Assembly (NCBI GenBank): GCA_040437565.1
Contig: JBDOQK010000009.1
Coordinates: 496,001 to 560,000 of the forward strand
Reading direction: 5' to 3'
DNA from: Albugo candida
Lineage: Eukaryota
Length of the DNA stretch: 64,000 nt
Below, one piece after another: positions 13,142-26,165 of the stretch. Position 1 is the first letter of the stretch. Each line of letters starts with the position of its first letter. Made by a program: the position numbers and the translations under genes. Below the pieces are notes generated by a model. It did no database searches and had not been told where the DNA came from. It was given only the letters and a program-made list of their open reading frames with translations.

Positions 13142-14696
13142 TCAATTGAAATGGAACGTGAATGATTCATTAGTATGCGTAGACGTGATCATCTGTGCAA
13201 GAAAAGGAGCGACCGAAAGCGTGATGATCTTGTCGGATGACATTGCTGAAACATCGCTTGAGCTATTGGGAATGGTATTTGTGGTCACGATAGTGTTCAA
13301 CTCCTCACACGCTGTCAGCTTTTCGATTGCCTACAGACAGCGCAAATAATTAGCTCTCCAGTGGTGAGTCGAAGGGATTCAAGTGAATTTAGCACTAACA
13401 TTAGCGGAGAACCTTCCGTGGACACAAAAAGCAGAAATAGTGCGAGCCCCATGTTGTTTTAGAACCTTTGCAGTTTTTATGAGTGTATCGCCCGTGTCCA
13501 CCAGATTATCCACGATTATAGCGTCCATTCCTTTTACATTTCCCACCAGCTCACCCACTGATTGATCCACGACGTGATGCTTACGTATCACAAATGCTAC
13601 AGGGATGCTTTCATCTGTTTGTTTTGACAATATTTCACTGAATAAAACAGCCCGATTGACGGCAGACGAATGCGGGGCAACTACTACAGGGTTCTTGAGC
13701 TGCTTTTCTGCAAAGTAGTACGAGCCAATTGGATATGCTTGTAAATTATCCACCTACAGGCACGATTACGTGAAAGAGGAGTCTCAATATAATTTTTGTT
13801 TAAAACAGGAACACATCTTACAGGAACAGTTGGTCGGAAGAATCCTTCAATTTGTGCGCTATGCAAATCTATCGTCATGACGTGATCGACTCCCATCACT
13901 TGCAGCATTTCGGCGATATCCTAGTTAGGATAGAAGCAAATTGTCATATACTGTGCAAACTTTGCACAAACTGAGTTACCGCTGCTGCGATTGGCTCTCG
14001 TCCTTTGTGCATTCGGTCTTGTCGACCATATCCTACTCAAAAAATATTTCAGGACATGAACATTGAGATTCATGTAATTTTGACCATAGAATGGAATCAC
14101 TGCTGTGATGCTCTTGGCCCAAGATCTTCGCATTGCTGATATTGTCAGCAGGAGCTCTAGAATTCTATCAAACAAAACATCAATATTGCGGTATAGCTTC
14201 CCTTCCTACTATACCGGTCCACGCTTGTTGTAGAACAAATGACGTAAACTCGACAACCACGAACATTTTCCTCAATGACGATCTTTGTCTCATCATCGAC
14301 GAATTTTCCAATTTGCATTGCGTTGAGAGAAACGCCAAGATAATGCGCAATCTCATCCGCTAGCGGTGTGTCAGAGCATTTAAAAATTTTCAAGTCTTTG
14401 ACAGAAGCAGGATTCATAATTCCTTTGTAAAGGTACCAGCGTTGAGTGGTGGAATCTAGTCTGCAACAGGGTCCACTCTTGATCGATTTAGTTCCACCTG
14501 CATCGATTGTATCAGATCTTGATTTCTCTTCACGGTCGGAAAATGTAGAGTTGTGATGATTCTCAAGCGGTAATATCTCATTCTCAATGGCATAGGTTGC
14601 CTTGGTATGATATGTGACTGCCAAAACGCTCGCTGCTGATACAACCGGAACCGTAGCAACAAATAATTTCCCTTTTCTTTGACGCTTCCATTGCAT
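13142..14696 (-). CDS. Ribose-phosphate pyrophosphokinase (PRPP synthetase)-family protein, multi-exon, atypical motifs, N-terminal extension; start codon inferred
   Basis: [45 protein letters not shown]...[42 protein letters not shown] introns; stop TGA at 13142-13144. Confidence 0.9.
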
Positions 14697-14885
14697 TAGT
14701 TGAGAATTACGCTGTTTTTGCCACCATGAGTGCAATTAGAGTTTCTCCGCAAAATCGAATCATGGGCGTACCATCCAAGAAAGTATCATTCTTCCACTTT
14801 CCATATTGAGCCTGCTGCAATGAAGCTAATTGACAATATTTCATCCAATTGGAATGCTTCAAGATCTTTTATAATATAGTGAGAA

Positions 14886-17444
14886 ATGTGGCGCTCGACG
14901 TCATTAAGGTCTCGAACTTTTGATAGAACGCGCAATACCAAACGCTGCAGTGTCAATACACATCGATTACACCTAAGACACAACTCTACGAACGCGAATG
15001 ACCCTATCAAACCGAATCCAGTGAGAATTGTCGCTGTCGTAGCTTTAAGCGCGCCNNNNNNNNNNNNNNNNNNNNNNNNNNNNNNNNNNNNNNNNNNNNN
15101 NNNNNNNNNNNNNNNNNNNNNNNNNNNNNNNNNNNNNNNNNNNNNNNNNNNNNNNGGTCTCGAACTTTTGATAGAACGCGCAATACCAAACGCTGCAGTG
15201 TCAATACACATCGATTACACCTAAGACACAACTCTACGAACGCGAATGACCCTATCAAACCGAATCCAGTGAGAATTGTCGCTGTCGTAGCTTTAAGCGC
15301 GCCACTTGGACTGCTCCTTTATAGTAAGCAACATCCTGATTGGAATCCTCCTCTTTTGCACAAATATGATTTTTGGAAACGAATACATAATACTATGCAT
15401 TCGCACCATAACGCGGTGCCGTCTCGAGCGATTGATGACACAAAACGTCCACAGAACGACGCGTCTTTGATCGGAAGAAATACCGTCAGCGAACGACCCA
15501 AAGAGGCCGGTAAAAGCTTGGTCCATGCTGCAGAGACAGAAATGGAAGTGAGTGGATCTATGGGATCCGGTGAATCAACCCCAGATGACCCAACCATCTC
15601 TGATTCAGATACCGATCAACCAGTAGCGTCGACAGAAGAAGAGGATCCAATTGGTAAAGTAACCAAACTTCACGGAGACAATAAGGCACATGGCGATACT
15701 GCAGTGGAAGAAAAAATTGACCAAAAACGTCAGGAGATCGACTTATTGACACAAAATGACACCACATCAGTCGAAGTCTCAGAACCGCATGAAGACAATA
15801 AGATAGCGCAAGATTTCGTCGTGGAAGAAATGATCGACCAGAAACGCCAGGAGATCGACGTATTGACGAATTTGGTCACCCCATCAGTCTTATTGGAAGC
15901 CACAGTCGACGAAATAAAAGCAATCAAAGTACGATATGTTTCATTGACATATCTGCATGCCTTCAGTATCGCTAATCACGCACATAGGATACTTTGATGT
16001 CTGAATTAAAGCACGAGTTGACCTCTGCAAATGAGGAGATTGAGAACAGCTATTTACAGGAACTTGAGGTATGCCTCTTGTAGTTTTCGATCCAACCGTT
16101 TACGTTAAATAATCAGACCTTGGATGCCAATGCTCTCTCTATTCGAGTTGCACAACTGGCTACTGAGATGAAACATCGCACTAAATGGGAAGCTGTGAGG
16201 CTTATGGAAGCTCTCAAACGCATGGAAACAGAAACAAAAGTCAAGGTAAAGCAACAATGAGTGCTCGCTGAATCGCATTATATGAATTCGTACACTTTCT
16301 ATAGTACGCCGATATGATTCAGCGCCATGTGGAACGTCACCGAGAGATTCTACAGCGTGAATTGGAGCTGCAAAAGCATGTCTTATCTGAGAAGCATCGT
16401 AAAGAAGCTGAAGCAGCTCGGGTGGCTTTCGCAGACGAGCTTCGGAGAAAGATGCAAATTCAACGTCAAAGTCTTTTGGTACACTCGTCGTGATTGTAAA
16501 TCGACTTGCGAGCTGACTCATATGACAATGGAAGGAGCAACTCAAGTCAACATTTGAGCGAGAGAAAAAGCTATTTTCCGAACACTACGACGAACAACTG
16601 CGAAAAACAACTAGTGAACTTGAAAACGTGGTCACGACCGAGCGTAATCACCGAATGAGAGAATTGGAGCAGTATCGATCTGAAATACGGGCTCTGAACG
16701 AAGTCTTGAATGAGTCGTGTACTTATGAAGCTCTCAGTCATCAGGTTAAATTTTATCTCGTGATCTCGTCATATATTTTTGATGGAATCGGATGATAGAT
16801 ACATAAAGCTTCCGTAGCAGCCTTATCTTTGTCGGAACGGATCGAAGCGGCTGTGCCCTTGTCCAAAGAGGTAATGTTAATAATGGCAAACGCTGCTTTT
16901 TTACGGTCGCCGATCATTACGCTGCGCAGATTCGGAAGCTCTCTGAAGTTGGCAAAGACGATGAATTCATTCAAGAATTAATCACAAAAATACCGTCCCA
17001 GGTTGTACAAAATGGTGTGACGTCCGTTCTGGAATTGCAAAGACGATTTCAGAAAGTCAAAGCGGCTGGTCGTCGCGCTGCAATGGTTCCCGATGGAAGC
17101 GGAATGGCAGGCCAATTATTTTGCACAGCGTTATCGTACCTGCTCATTCCTCCTGCCGGACCAATCGATGGTGACGATGCTGAAGCCATTTATTCTCGAG
17201 CCGATTACGCTATAGCATCCGGAGATTTGAATCGAGCCGTGAACGAGCTAGAACGACTTTCAGGGGTTCCAGCACAGATATCACAGTACGAAACTTTTTT
17301 TCGAGGTATTTATGACACATGAAGTCACTTTTTCTTTTGGCACACAGAGATTGGATACAAGCAGCTAAGGCGCGTCTTGCAATGGAACAAACTGCCAAAG
17401 TCATCAAGACGCATATCGCATTGTTAGCCGAAAGCTGCTCGTAA
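14886..17444 (+). CDS. MIC60: MICOS subunit Mic60/mitofilin, multi-exon (exon 1 interrupted by a gap with duplicated flank)
   Basis: Arg/Ser-rich presequence, single TM (IVAVVALSAPLGLLLY), acidic linker, coiled coil, C-terminal mitofilin domain (RADYAIASGDLNRAVNELERLSG...DWIQAAKARL). Confidence 0.85.
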
Positions 17445-18182
17445 ATGCACCCAGTGCATGTTTTAAGGAAGCAATCAACCACAGATCGTGGATTAATAGC
17501 GCATGACTGATCTGCCTGGACGATCTCTTCATCTACGATAATGCCTTAATTGTCTCAGTAGATGTCATCGGGCGTCACCTTGCAATTGTTTGTGATGAAT
17601 GCTCACCTACTCATCAAGGATTATACTCCTTCCGAGCAATGATCCTTCCTCAATCCGACGAGGCTCTACAGTGCTGCCTGCGCCGACAGCTTCAAAACTT
17701 CTGTATCGACTTTCTCTGACTGCTTTTGTTACAAAGGTTGGTACCGACTGCTGAATATCGTTCTGACCTTTGGAGTGTGAACGGTGAGCCATTCGTCGAT
17801 CCGATATGTCTTTTGCGAACTACTTGACGGTAGAAGGCAGCTGGTATGACCAGCAAGACACATGCGAGTGGATGCACCAACAGCGTGACATGTCTTCTGG
17901 TACGAACACATATTCTCTCACCATGGAGCTAGCAAAATCGAGTGTTTTATAACCGATAGCTACGATTGTCATCTTGAGATATGAGCGCACTAGTAAAGCA
18001 TGCTGCTTTTCATGAGATCTCCTGTATTGGAAAGCAAGACAGTGCTATTAGGTGCTTGATTGAAGAAATCTTGAGTTGTCGGTAAATCTCTGAGCAGCAA
18101 TGAGCGGCAGAATTATCAAACCTTAGCCAGGTATTGGATACCACACATTGTATATCAACAAAGGAAAATATGATCCAATCTC

Positions 18183-19990
18183 TCAAAATTCCTGCATCTT
18201 TCGTAGTTCCATGGCATCCATCATCATACGATCAAGTTCCTCGATGGTAACTTCTCTTTCTGTTCCATTCTCACGTAAATGACACGCACATTTTGAGACG
18301 TATCTTCGACATTTTCGACACATCTACGAAATATAACTGTCAGAATAGCATCGAGGTAGCATTTACAAGATACATTAATTAGACCTTTGATGCTGCATCG
18401 TTTGGCAGGCTGCGTTCTATGTCTTTGACGATACTTTGAGAGGCTAGTTCTTCCGTAGTAACAGCAACTTCGTCGTCCGAATAATCAAATAGACACATGA
18501 TCTGATCGATTTCGGCCGAGTTCAAACCAGTAATTTCATTCACAGCACTGCCAAGAATTGTGAGAAGCAGATGAAAGGATGCGCACGAAACACGTACTTG
18601 TACACTGATTGCAATAGTGGTTCCTTCAAGTCTTGCCGCTGTGCGATAATGACCAAGATCAACGTGATGCAGAGCCACTACAGTAAGGACAAATCACGAA
18701 TTTACACATCGACCGATTCAGATCAACCATATAGGAACAAACCTGTTGTTCATTACGGCCGTCAATTGTTTCAGGAAATCTCAGCGTCCTAACGATATGA
18801 CCTAGTCTTTTTTGTGCCGTAATGTCTGTACAGATTCCTTTTTCAAGTGAAAGGTGACGAATGCTTCGAGCCAAGATCGACTCAAACGCCATCATTCGTT
18901 CTATTCGACTTTTATGACATCGTGGATCACTTCCGTTTGTGGCTAAATCGTCCTGCGATACCACTTTACCCATTGCGAGCAACTCTTGTGTCTGACGAGT
19001 GATCCATGACGCAAATAGACGCCAAACATTTGAGAACAACGACAGCTGTTCTGTTGATATGCTGCTATCGATGTCCTCGTCTGAATCAGAGCTGTGCACA
19101 GAAGAGTTTTCCGAGTCACTCTGACTTTCTTCACTCGTATCACATCCTTGATCTTCATTTTCTTGCCGAGCAGACTTTGCTAATCGGGTTTCAAGTCTCT
19201 TCGCGACCTTAGCTTTATGAGCCGGGAACACAAAGCCTTCTATTATAACAGCTTGACTGACAGTGGGAAACTCGATATTTGAACACAAGGCCGATGATTT
19301 CTCGACGATCTGCAATGGTGGTGCTGATTCGTTCCTCTCCAGCACGTTCGCCTCAGTCGATTTTGACCATAAGCACTTTGTTTTATAAGGAGATGAATCC
19401 GACGACGACGCACACTGTTTGGATGAGACTCTTTGCTCGGCCTTCCATGTGAACGGATTCGGATGTGCAGTGCCAAACACTTGCTCCAACGGCGGCAATA
19501 ATTGTGGTGGTTTGGACTTGAGCTTTGACACGTACACGTGAGCATTCTATGATCGCCATAGAGAAGAAAAGTCATGCTCAGGTGATTTATACTAGCGCAA
19601 TAATAAGTATACCTTGCGGCAGCTGTCCGAACAAAATTGGTTCTCGCTGGTGGCATCTTTGATACTTTTGCGCTTTAGTGAAATTCGATATTTTGTAGCG
19701 TTCCTACAAAGGTAGGATTAATATTAGATCTGAAGATGTATGGGATGGTCAGAGATACAATATACGCACCTTTTAAGCCGCTGGTCGCAAGACGGGAAAG
19801 CGCAAAATTCTTGCACATTGCGCTCTTCAAAAACACTTTCTAAGTGACGCCTCTGCAAAATTTTTTTACAAGCTTGTAGATAGCTGTCAGGTATCCCTGG
19901 TAATAGAAGCGTTGACATTAGCGAGAAAATCTCATGAACATTGGTGCAAGATTTGGAGTTTTTTGACTCGCTTTCGCTCAATTTACTCAT
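18183..19990 (-). CDS. RPAP2: RNA polymerase II CTD phosphatase RPAP2/Rtr1-like, multi-exon
   Basis: VFEERNVQEFCAFPSC...KYRISLK...FCSDSC zinc-binding Rtr1 signature; terminal exon and stop inferred. Confidence 0.8.
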
Positions 19991-21467
19991 GCCTAGAATC
20001 GCTCTATGATTGGTTCTTGCTTGCCAACTCTTTTAATACAATTGGCTAAATATTTACAAAATTTACACAATTCTTCCAATGTGAACTGTGCATCCTGACA
20101 ATGCGACATATCTACTTGTAGATGCAGCAATGGTCTAGGTAAGGTTGACGGAAACGTCAATCAAACTATAAAGCAAATAGACACTCTTTATTTGTTCTGT
20201 CTCAAAAGTGACGTATGTAGTCTTGCTTGCGAGAACTTCTGTGCACCCTTCATCACTTTAATCGAGGGACAACCACACCTCCTGTTTCATTTCTTACAAT
20301 CTTTTGTATCGGGGATCATTGAATCTGTGGATGGTGTGCGCTGNNNNNNNNNNNNNNNNNNNNNNNNNNNNNNNNNNNNNNNNNNNNNNNNNNNNNNNNN
20401 NNNNNNNNNNNNNNNNNNNNNNNNNNNNNNNNNNNNNNNNNNNCTACATACGTCACTTCTGAGACAGAACAAATAAAGAGTGTCTATTTGCTTTATAGTT
20501 TGATTGACGTTTCCGTCAATCAAACTATAAAGCAAATAGACACTCTTTATTTGTTCTGTCTCAGAAGTGACGTATGTAGTCTTGCTTGTGAGAACTTCTG
20601 TGCACCCTTCATCACTCTATTCGAGGGACAACCACCCCTCCTGTTTCATTTCTTACAATCTTTTGTATCGGGGATCATTGAATCTGTGGATGGTGTGCGC
20701 TGTTATCACCTTATTCACCCCGATTTCATCCAAGGCATTGTCACCCACCCGCGTCCCAATATCAACATATTCATTCACTTCAGCTGAAATCTGTCGAGAA
20801 AACATTTTGTGTGGGAAATGTACATTCATGTTCGACAAACGAAATGCACGTATCACAACTGCGTAAGGGTATCTGTGGTCATACCATCCGTACGTATCTA
20901 TATCTCACGGGGTTGTGCTTGGGAGTAGCCGCATTGATGGAGCCTTCCCATATCAGATATTCTGCAATTCATCTATAATGTACATAGTCAGCGTCTGTAT
21001 TCTGAATCGTATCATTCCGAAAAAAGTCCTCAAGTCTTAGTGCTTTCTAACCATACCGCTTTTTTGAGCGCGAGGCTTAAGTCTCGTTAAGTGAACCACA
21101 ACTTGATTATCTAAGCATTTCACGCTCGATTCAAGATTATGCTTCTCTAAACCTCATTCCATTCCCCAAATTTCTAGCCTTAGCGTTGGGCCTGCGGAAG
21201 TTCAAGAAGTAAACACGACTACTTGTGTACTCAACTCTTGGTATCCTGTGAGAATTATTTTTCTATACGTCTCACATGACTTTCTCTATAAGATCACGCC
21301 ATCTGAGCATAAGCAATCAAAGAATATACAGTTTGGAGCAGCCATTGCTATGTGCTTCCGTTCATCTATTAGCTGTGTTCGAAGACACTTTTGTCTGAAG
21401 AAAGACCTGACGTTATTTTGGTTGGATTAAAGGTATAATAACCACCATAGGAAATAAGCTATTGCAT

Positions 21468-21650
21468 TTAGACCTGATACAAGCCTCCATCTCCACCATA
21501 TGAGCACCCAAAACTCCAAGGCCCAAATCCACCAAATCCACCCCATCCTCCCCAATCAATCCATATGTCACCGAGGAATTGCTCGTCATTACTGTCGCTG
21601 TCGTTTGGCTCTTGCTTAGATGAAGTGGCCACTTTCTTCACCGGCTCCAT
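21468..21650 (-). CDS. C-terminal part of a small Gly/Trp-rich protein (5' end probably lost in the gap)
   Basis: ...NDSDSNDEQFLGDIWIDWGGWGGFGGFGPWSFGCSYGGDGGLYQV*; frame is open up to the N gap. Confidence 0.45.
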   Translation of the reverse strand: MEPVKKVATSSKQEPNDSDSNDEQFLGDIWIDWGGWGGFGGFGPWSFGCSYGGDGGLYQV

Positions 21651-22399
21651 GTTNNNNNNNNNNNNNNNNNNNNNNNNNNNNNNNNNNNNNNNNNNNNNNN
21701 NNNNNNNNNNNNNNNNNNNNNNNNNNNNNNNNNNNNNNNNNNNNNNNNNNNNNCTGCACAATTACTATATCATGCATGATGTGATCTATCTGATGGATCG
21801 TTTGAGAGAATGCAATTACAAAACCCTTCCTGTTGCCGAACCCCTTTGTTGTATCAGTCGATCTATCACAATGGAATGGGTTTTAGGATGTACATGACGT
21901 GTCCACCGTACTTGAGACCTATTGTCTGGCCATGAGGAACATCTTCATATTGCTGACTTTATCCAGAGGGTTTTTTGACTATGAGTGTGTAATTAAGTGT
22001 GTGTTGAAGTAGAGAGTAGTAGGAACTCGTGATGCTGAATACGAAAAGCGCGATATGAAACGCACCCAGGCACCTTTTAGCCGTTTAGGCATTTTGCTGC
22101 AGAGTGAATAGCGCAGATGGTCTTCTGCATCTCTTTCCATTGGAAGTAGATGCCACCTGTATGAACTTACTTGTCGTGATCTTTATTCCAAAGATGTTCC
22201 CACTATCTTTAGTGCAAAGCCTTTTTTATGGGAGCTTGTACTATTTATTTGGTTCCGTTCAGCAACATGGCCTATGAAAATTGTGTTGCGCGAAACTCAG
22301 AACCGGTATTCAATCCGATTTTCAGATCTTAGGCTCATGTTAGAAGGACTTTTTATCATAGGACATGTGAAAATAATTCTTAGGGATACATGTAGACAT

Positions 22400-23998
22400 T
22401 TTTGAAAAGGCGGGACTAGTGATGTCGAAAGATCGCGATCCTTGAATGGAGGAAGCGCCTCATATTAATCTACAAAGATGATCGGAAAAAGAAAAAAGTG
22501 ATAATAGGATCATAAGCTTCAAAGAAACAGTTTTTCATTGAAATCACACTGATCAAGCAACATGGAGAAAAAACAGGTATGAATCCAAGCCCCCCCTGAA
22601 GACCCTCCAGCAGCTCCACTATTGCGCACACGATGATGCGACAGCTCTTAGGGCGGAGATCTCACATTCAAGTGGTGTAGATCGTCTGGACAGACTCGAG
22701 AAACTCACTGGGAATTTAATGCGCGATGTGGCACGGGAACGCGTGGAGCGTACTCAGATACCTCCTGCAGGATCCGGTAACGATAGTAGTTTCAGCGTCT
22801 TTAGCCAGTTCTTGGGTGCTCGAAAGCAACTACCCAGAGCTAACTCGCTTAGTGAAGCTATGAGGGTACCCATGCCTTTTGCTTCACCGCGACCCCGAGT
22901 TCGATAGCAACAGTTCTTCCCGACTGTGTAGCCTACGCCGCATGTATATATTCATCCGGGACAGCAGTTCTTCCCACAGCAGAACTTTGGGATCGATATG
23001 CCGACCGTCGAGGATATGAAGCTATCGATTGAGCGTTTTACTGGAAAGGAAGAATACAGGGAACTTGGAGCTGGATTCAAAGACTGGGGATTGCAGTTCC
23101 TGGCCGCAGTTGGTGCAGCCCAACAACTTAGTGGTGGAGAATGGCCTGAAGAGTTCAAGATGAGGACACTTAATCGATATCTTGATGTAATTGCAAGGCT
23201 AACCCGGCGCGTACACCTATTGACGAGGGAAAAGATGGCGAGGATGAGGCTGAATTATTACTAGTTGGTAATGTTGGCACGGCTGAGCAAATCACGGTCA
23301 AAATGTGCCAGTCAATAATTGGAATTCTGTTGTGGCTGGCTCGTTGTACGAGATCGGACATTGAGTTCGCAGTGCATCGATCCAGCCAACGTGTTCACGC
23401 TCCACGAAAATGCAACTGGCGGTGGACACAAAGAATTGTTCTCTACCTCAAGGGTGCGATTGATTGACCTAAAGTTACAACCAAAAGGAACAGCCACAAA
23501 GTATAAATCGGCAACGATTATGCTGGAAAAAGCTACAGTGACGCAGATTATGCGACGAATTGTACGCACCGCAAATCGGTCAGTGGAGGTGTTGTTTGTC
23601 TTATATTTTTGAATGGATGTGCCGTAAACAAGTGAGCGTGTCTCTATCCACGATGGAGGCTGCCTTTGTGGCAGCTTCGATGGTGGCAACTGGTTTGTTA
23701 GTACTTATGGAGTTGCTAGGAGAGATTGGAGTTCATGNNNNNNNNNNNNNNNNNNNNNNNNNNNNNNNNNNNNNNNNNNNNNNNNNNNNNNNNNNNNNNN
23801 NNNNNNNNNNNNNNNNNNNNNNNNNNNNNNNNNNNNNTAGTGATGTCGAAAGATCGCGATCCTTGGAATAGATGAAGCGCCTCTTAGTAATCTACGAAGT
23901 TGTGTAGGAAAAGGAAAGAAGTGATAATAGGATCATAACTTTAGATAGAACAGTTTTCCATCAAAATCACACTGATCATGCAACATGGACAAACAACA
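22400..23998 (+). mobile_element. Internally deleted Copia LTR retrotransposon
   Basis: Diverged direct LTRs (22400-22575 and <23838-23998); 5-bp TSD GACAT (22395-22399, 23999-24003); GGTATG PBS-like site after the 5' LTR; gag FTGKEEYRELGAGFKDWG...WPEEFK; RNase H end KQVSVSLSTMEAAFVAAS. Confidence 0.85.
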
Positions 23999-24647
23999 GA
24001 CATCAATGGCAGCAATCGCCGCGCTATATTGCATGCGTTGCGGCCTTAGTATTCTGATATACTACCCTCAACTGCTATAAAATTCTATTTGACTGGGTGA
24101 GCCGTCAGCAAAGAAAAATTTTCCGCTAGCTCATCATGCGTGGAACCGTCGAATCCTGACTTCCTATACTCGTACAGCGGTGATAGAAGGAATGGAATTC
24201 AAATATCCCGGCTTACTGGATATCAATATCACGATGCAAGCTCTAGAGCCAACATACAATTAAAATATTGGGCATTTTACAAAATTATATGATTATGAGC
24301 TTACTCGAAAAGAAACATTCATCATTTACGTCCTGCTTGTAAATCTACGATGTAAATAGGCTTTATTTCACTCATGAACCTGCGCTTCTTTCTCTCCTGC
24401 ATTTTTCCAGTATTCGTCCACTTGATCCACTTCACGTCGAATTTTCCGTCCCTCCAGAATGAACCTTCCGTGAACTCTTGCACACTCTTCACAAAAGTAA
24501 TTGAATGGTTTCCATGTATCTCATCGGGAGAAATATGAGGTGTCAGTCTGTTATCAAATTTGCTGCAATGATTGATTATTGGATAGAAGCAATTCCCGTC
24601 ACTTATCAAACATCCAGTCCTATAGACGCTATTGGATAAGCCTACTT

Positions 24648-26165
24648 TGTCAAGGATTTCATTACACTGTTTATCTGGTTCTTTAACTACCTTCCTTATC
24701 CTATCATGAGCCCCTGACCGTGTGAATATCACTTGAGTCTGACTTCAAACCTAGGGAGGCAGATATTTTCCAAGCTNNNNNNNNNNNNNNNNNNNNNNNN
24801 NNNNNNNNNNNNNNNNNNNNNNNNNNNNNNNNNNNNNNNNNNNNNNNNNNNNNNNNNNNNNNNNNNNNNNNNNNNNATAGGCTTTATTTCACTCATGAAC
24901 CTGCGCTTCTTTCTCTCCTGCATTTTTCCAGTATTCGTCCACTTGATCCACTTCACGTCGAATTTTCCGTCCCTCCAGAATGAACCCTCCGTGAACTCTT
25001 GCACACTCTTCACAAAAGTAATTGAATGGTTTCCATATATCTCATCGGGAGAACCATGAGGTGTCAGTCTGTTACCAAATCTGCTGCAATGATTGATTAT
25101 TGGATACAAGCAATTCCCGTCACTTATCAAACATCCAGTCCTATAGACGCTATTGGATAAGCCTACTTACCATTCGTTAAGTGACTCCAGCCCATATCCT
25201 TGTCATATAGCACTTGAATATGTAATAATGCAATCTATGAAATGGGACAATAAATCAATCAAGCTGATGAGAGTATTTTGTGTGCATTCTCTGCGCTCGC
25301 AAGCGAAGATAAAATATAGTTCTGCAACCGCCGACTACACATCTTCAGAAGTACAACGCCTAAATGCCTTCTGTGTATTGTATGCAAAAACTTTAGTATC
25401 GAATGAATCTACTTCTGTCAGCACCACAGAAGGCCTACTCCTCTATCTAACGCGCACGACGCGAATACTAAACGACAACTAACGTAAGGTCGAATAGAGA
25501 ATACTTCGGCGCCCAGTCAAAAGCTAGCTACCAATACACGATTGTGATGCAGCAATGCGAGCAGTTCAGAACAAGCAGATTTTTAAAAATGAAGAAAACA
25601 GAATAGTGTGTTCAGCTACTCGATAACGCAGCATTATGACCCAAATGAGGTACAAACGATAGAAATAAAAGATTCGAGTACAGTCGTTTTTTTTGCATTC
25701 GTATATTTGAGTTCCGCGAAATGCTACAGGATCCATTACAGCATAGTTTGGCACACCATCAATGCTATGGAACTGATGCTATACACATCGTAGTCGTTTG
25801 GAATGCCAGTGGCAAGCAAAGGCGAGCAAACGTTAGCTTACGGAATAGTACTGGGACCTCATATGCCTATAGTTACTGATTGCCTGTGNNNNNNNNNNNN
25901 NNNNNNNNNNNNNNNNNNNNNNNNNNNNNNNNNNNNNNNNNNNNNNNNNNNNNNNNNNNNNNNNNNNNNNNNNNNNNNNNNNNNNNNNCCTGACCGTGTG
26001 AATATCACTTGAGTCTGACTTCAAACCTAGGGAGGCAGATATTTTCCAAGCTTATTGCTTGAGTGGGCTCAAACCGCTGCCCACACTGCCGGGGATCGAA
26101 CTAACGACCTCCGGCAGGGGGTCCGTGCGCTCAAGTGATTAACTGACTGAGCTGGGTACGGACCC
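24648..26165 (-). mobile_element. SINE copy 2, split by assembly (3' part 24648-24776, 5' part 25989-26165), with an empty-site version of the locus placed between
   Basis: Near-identical to copy 1; TSD TGGATAAGCCTACTT at 24633-24647 and 26168-26182; single unduplicated site at 25154-25168. Confidence 0.9.

Noticed and set aside
20590-20860. Possible Merlin/IS1595-like transposase fragment (AHTIHRFNDP)
   Set aside because: Only one weak motif, and no TIRs or catalytic residues identified.
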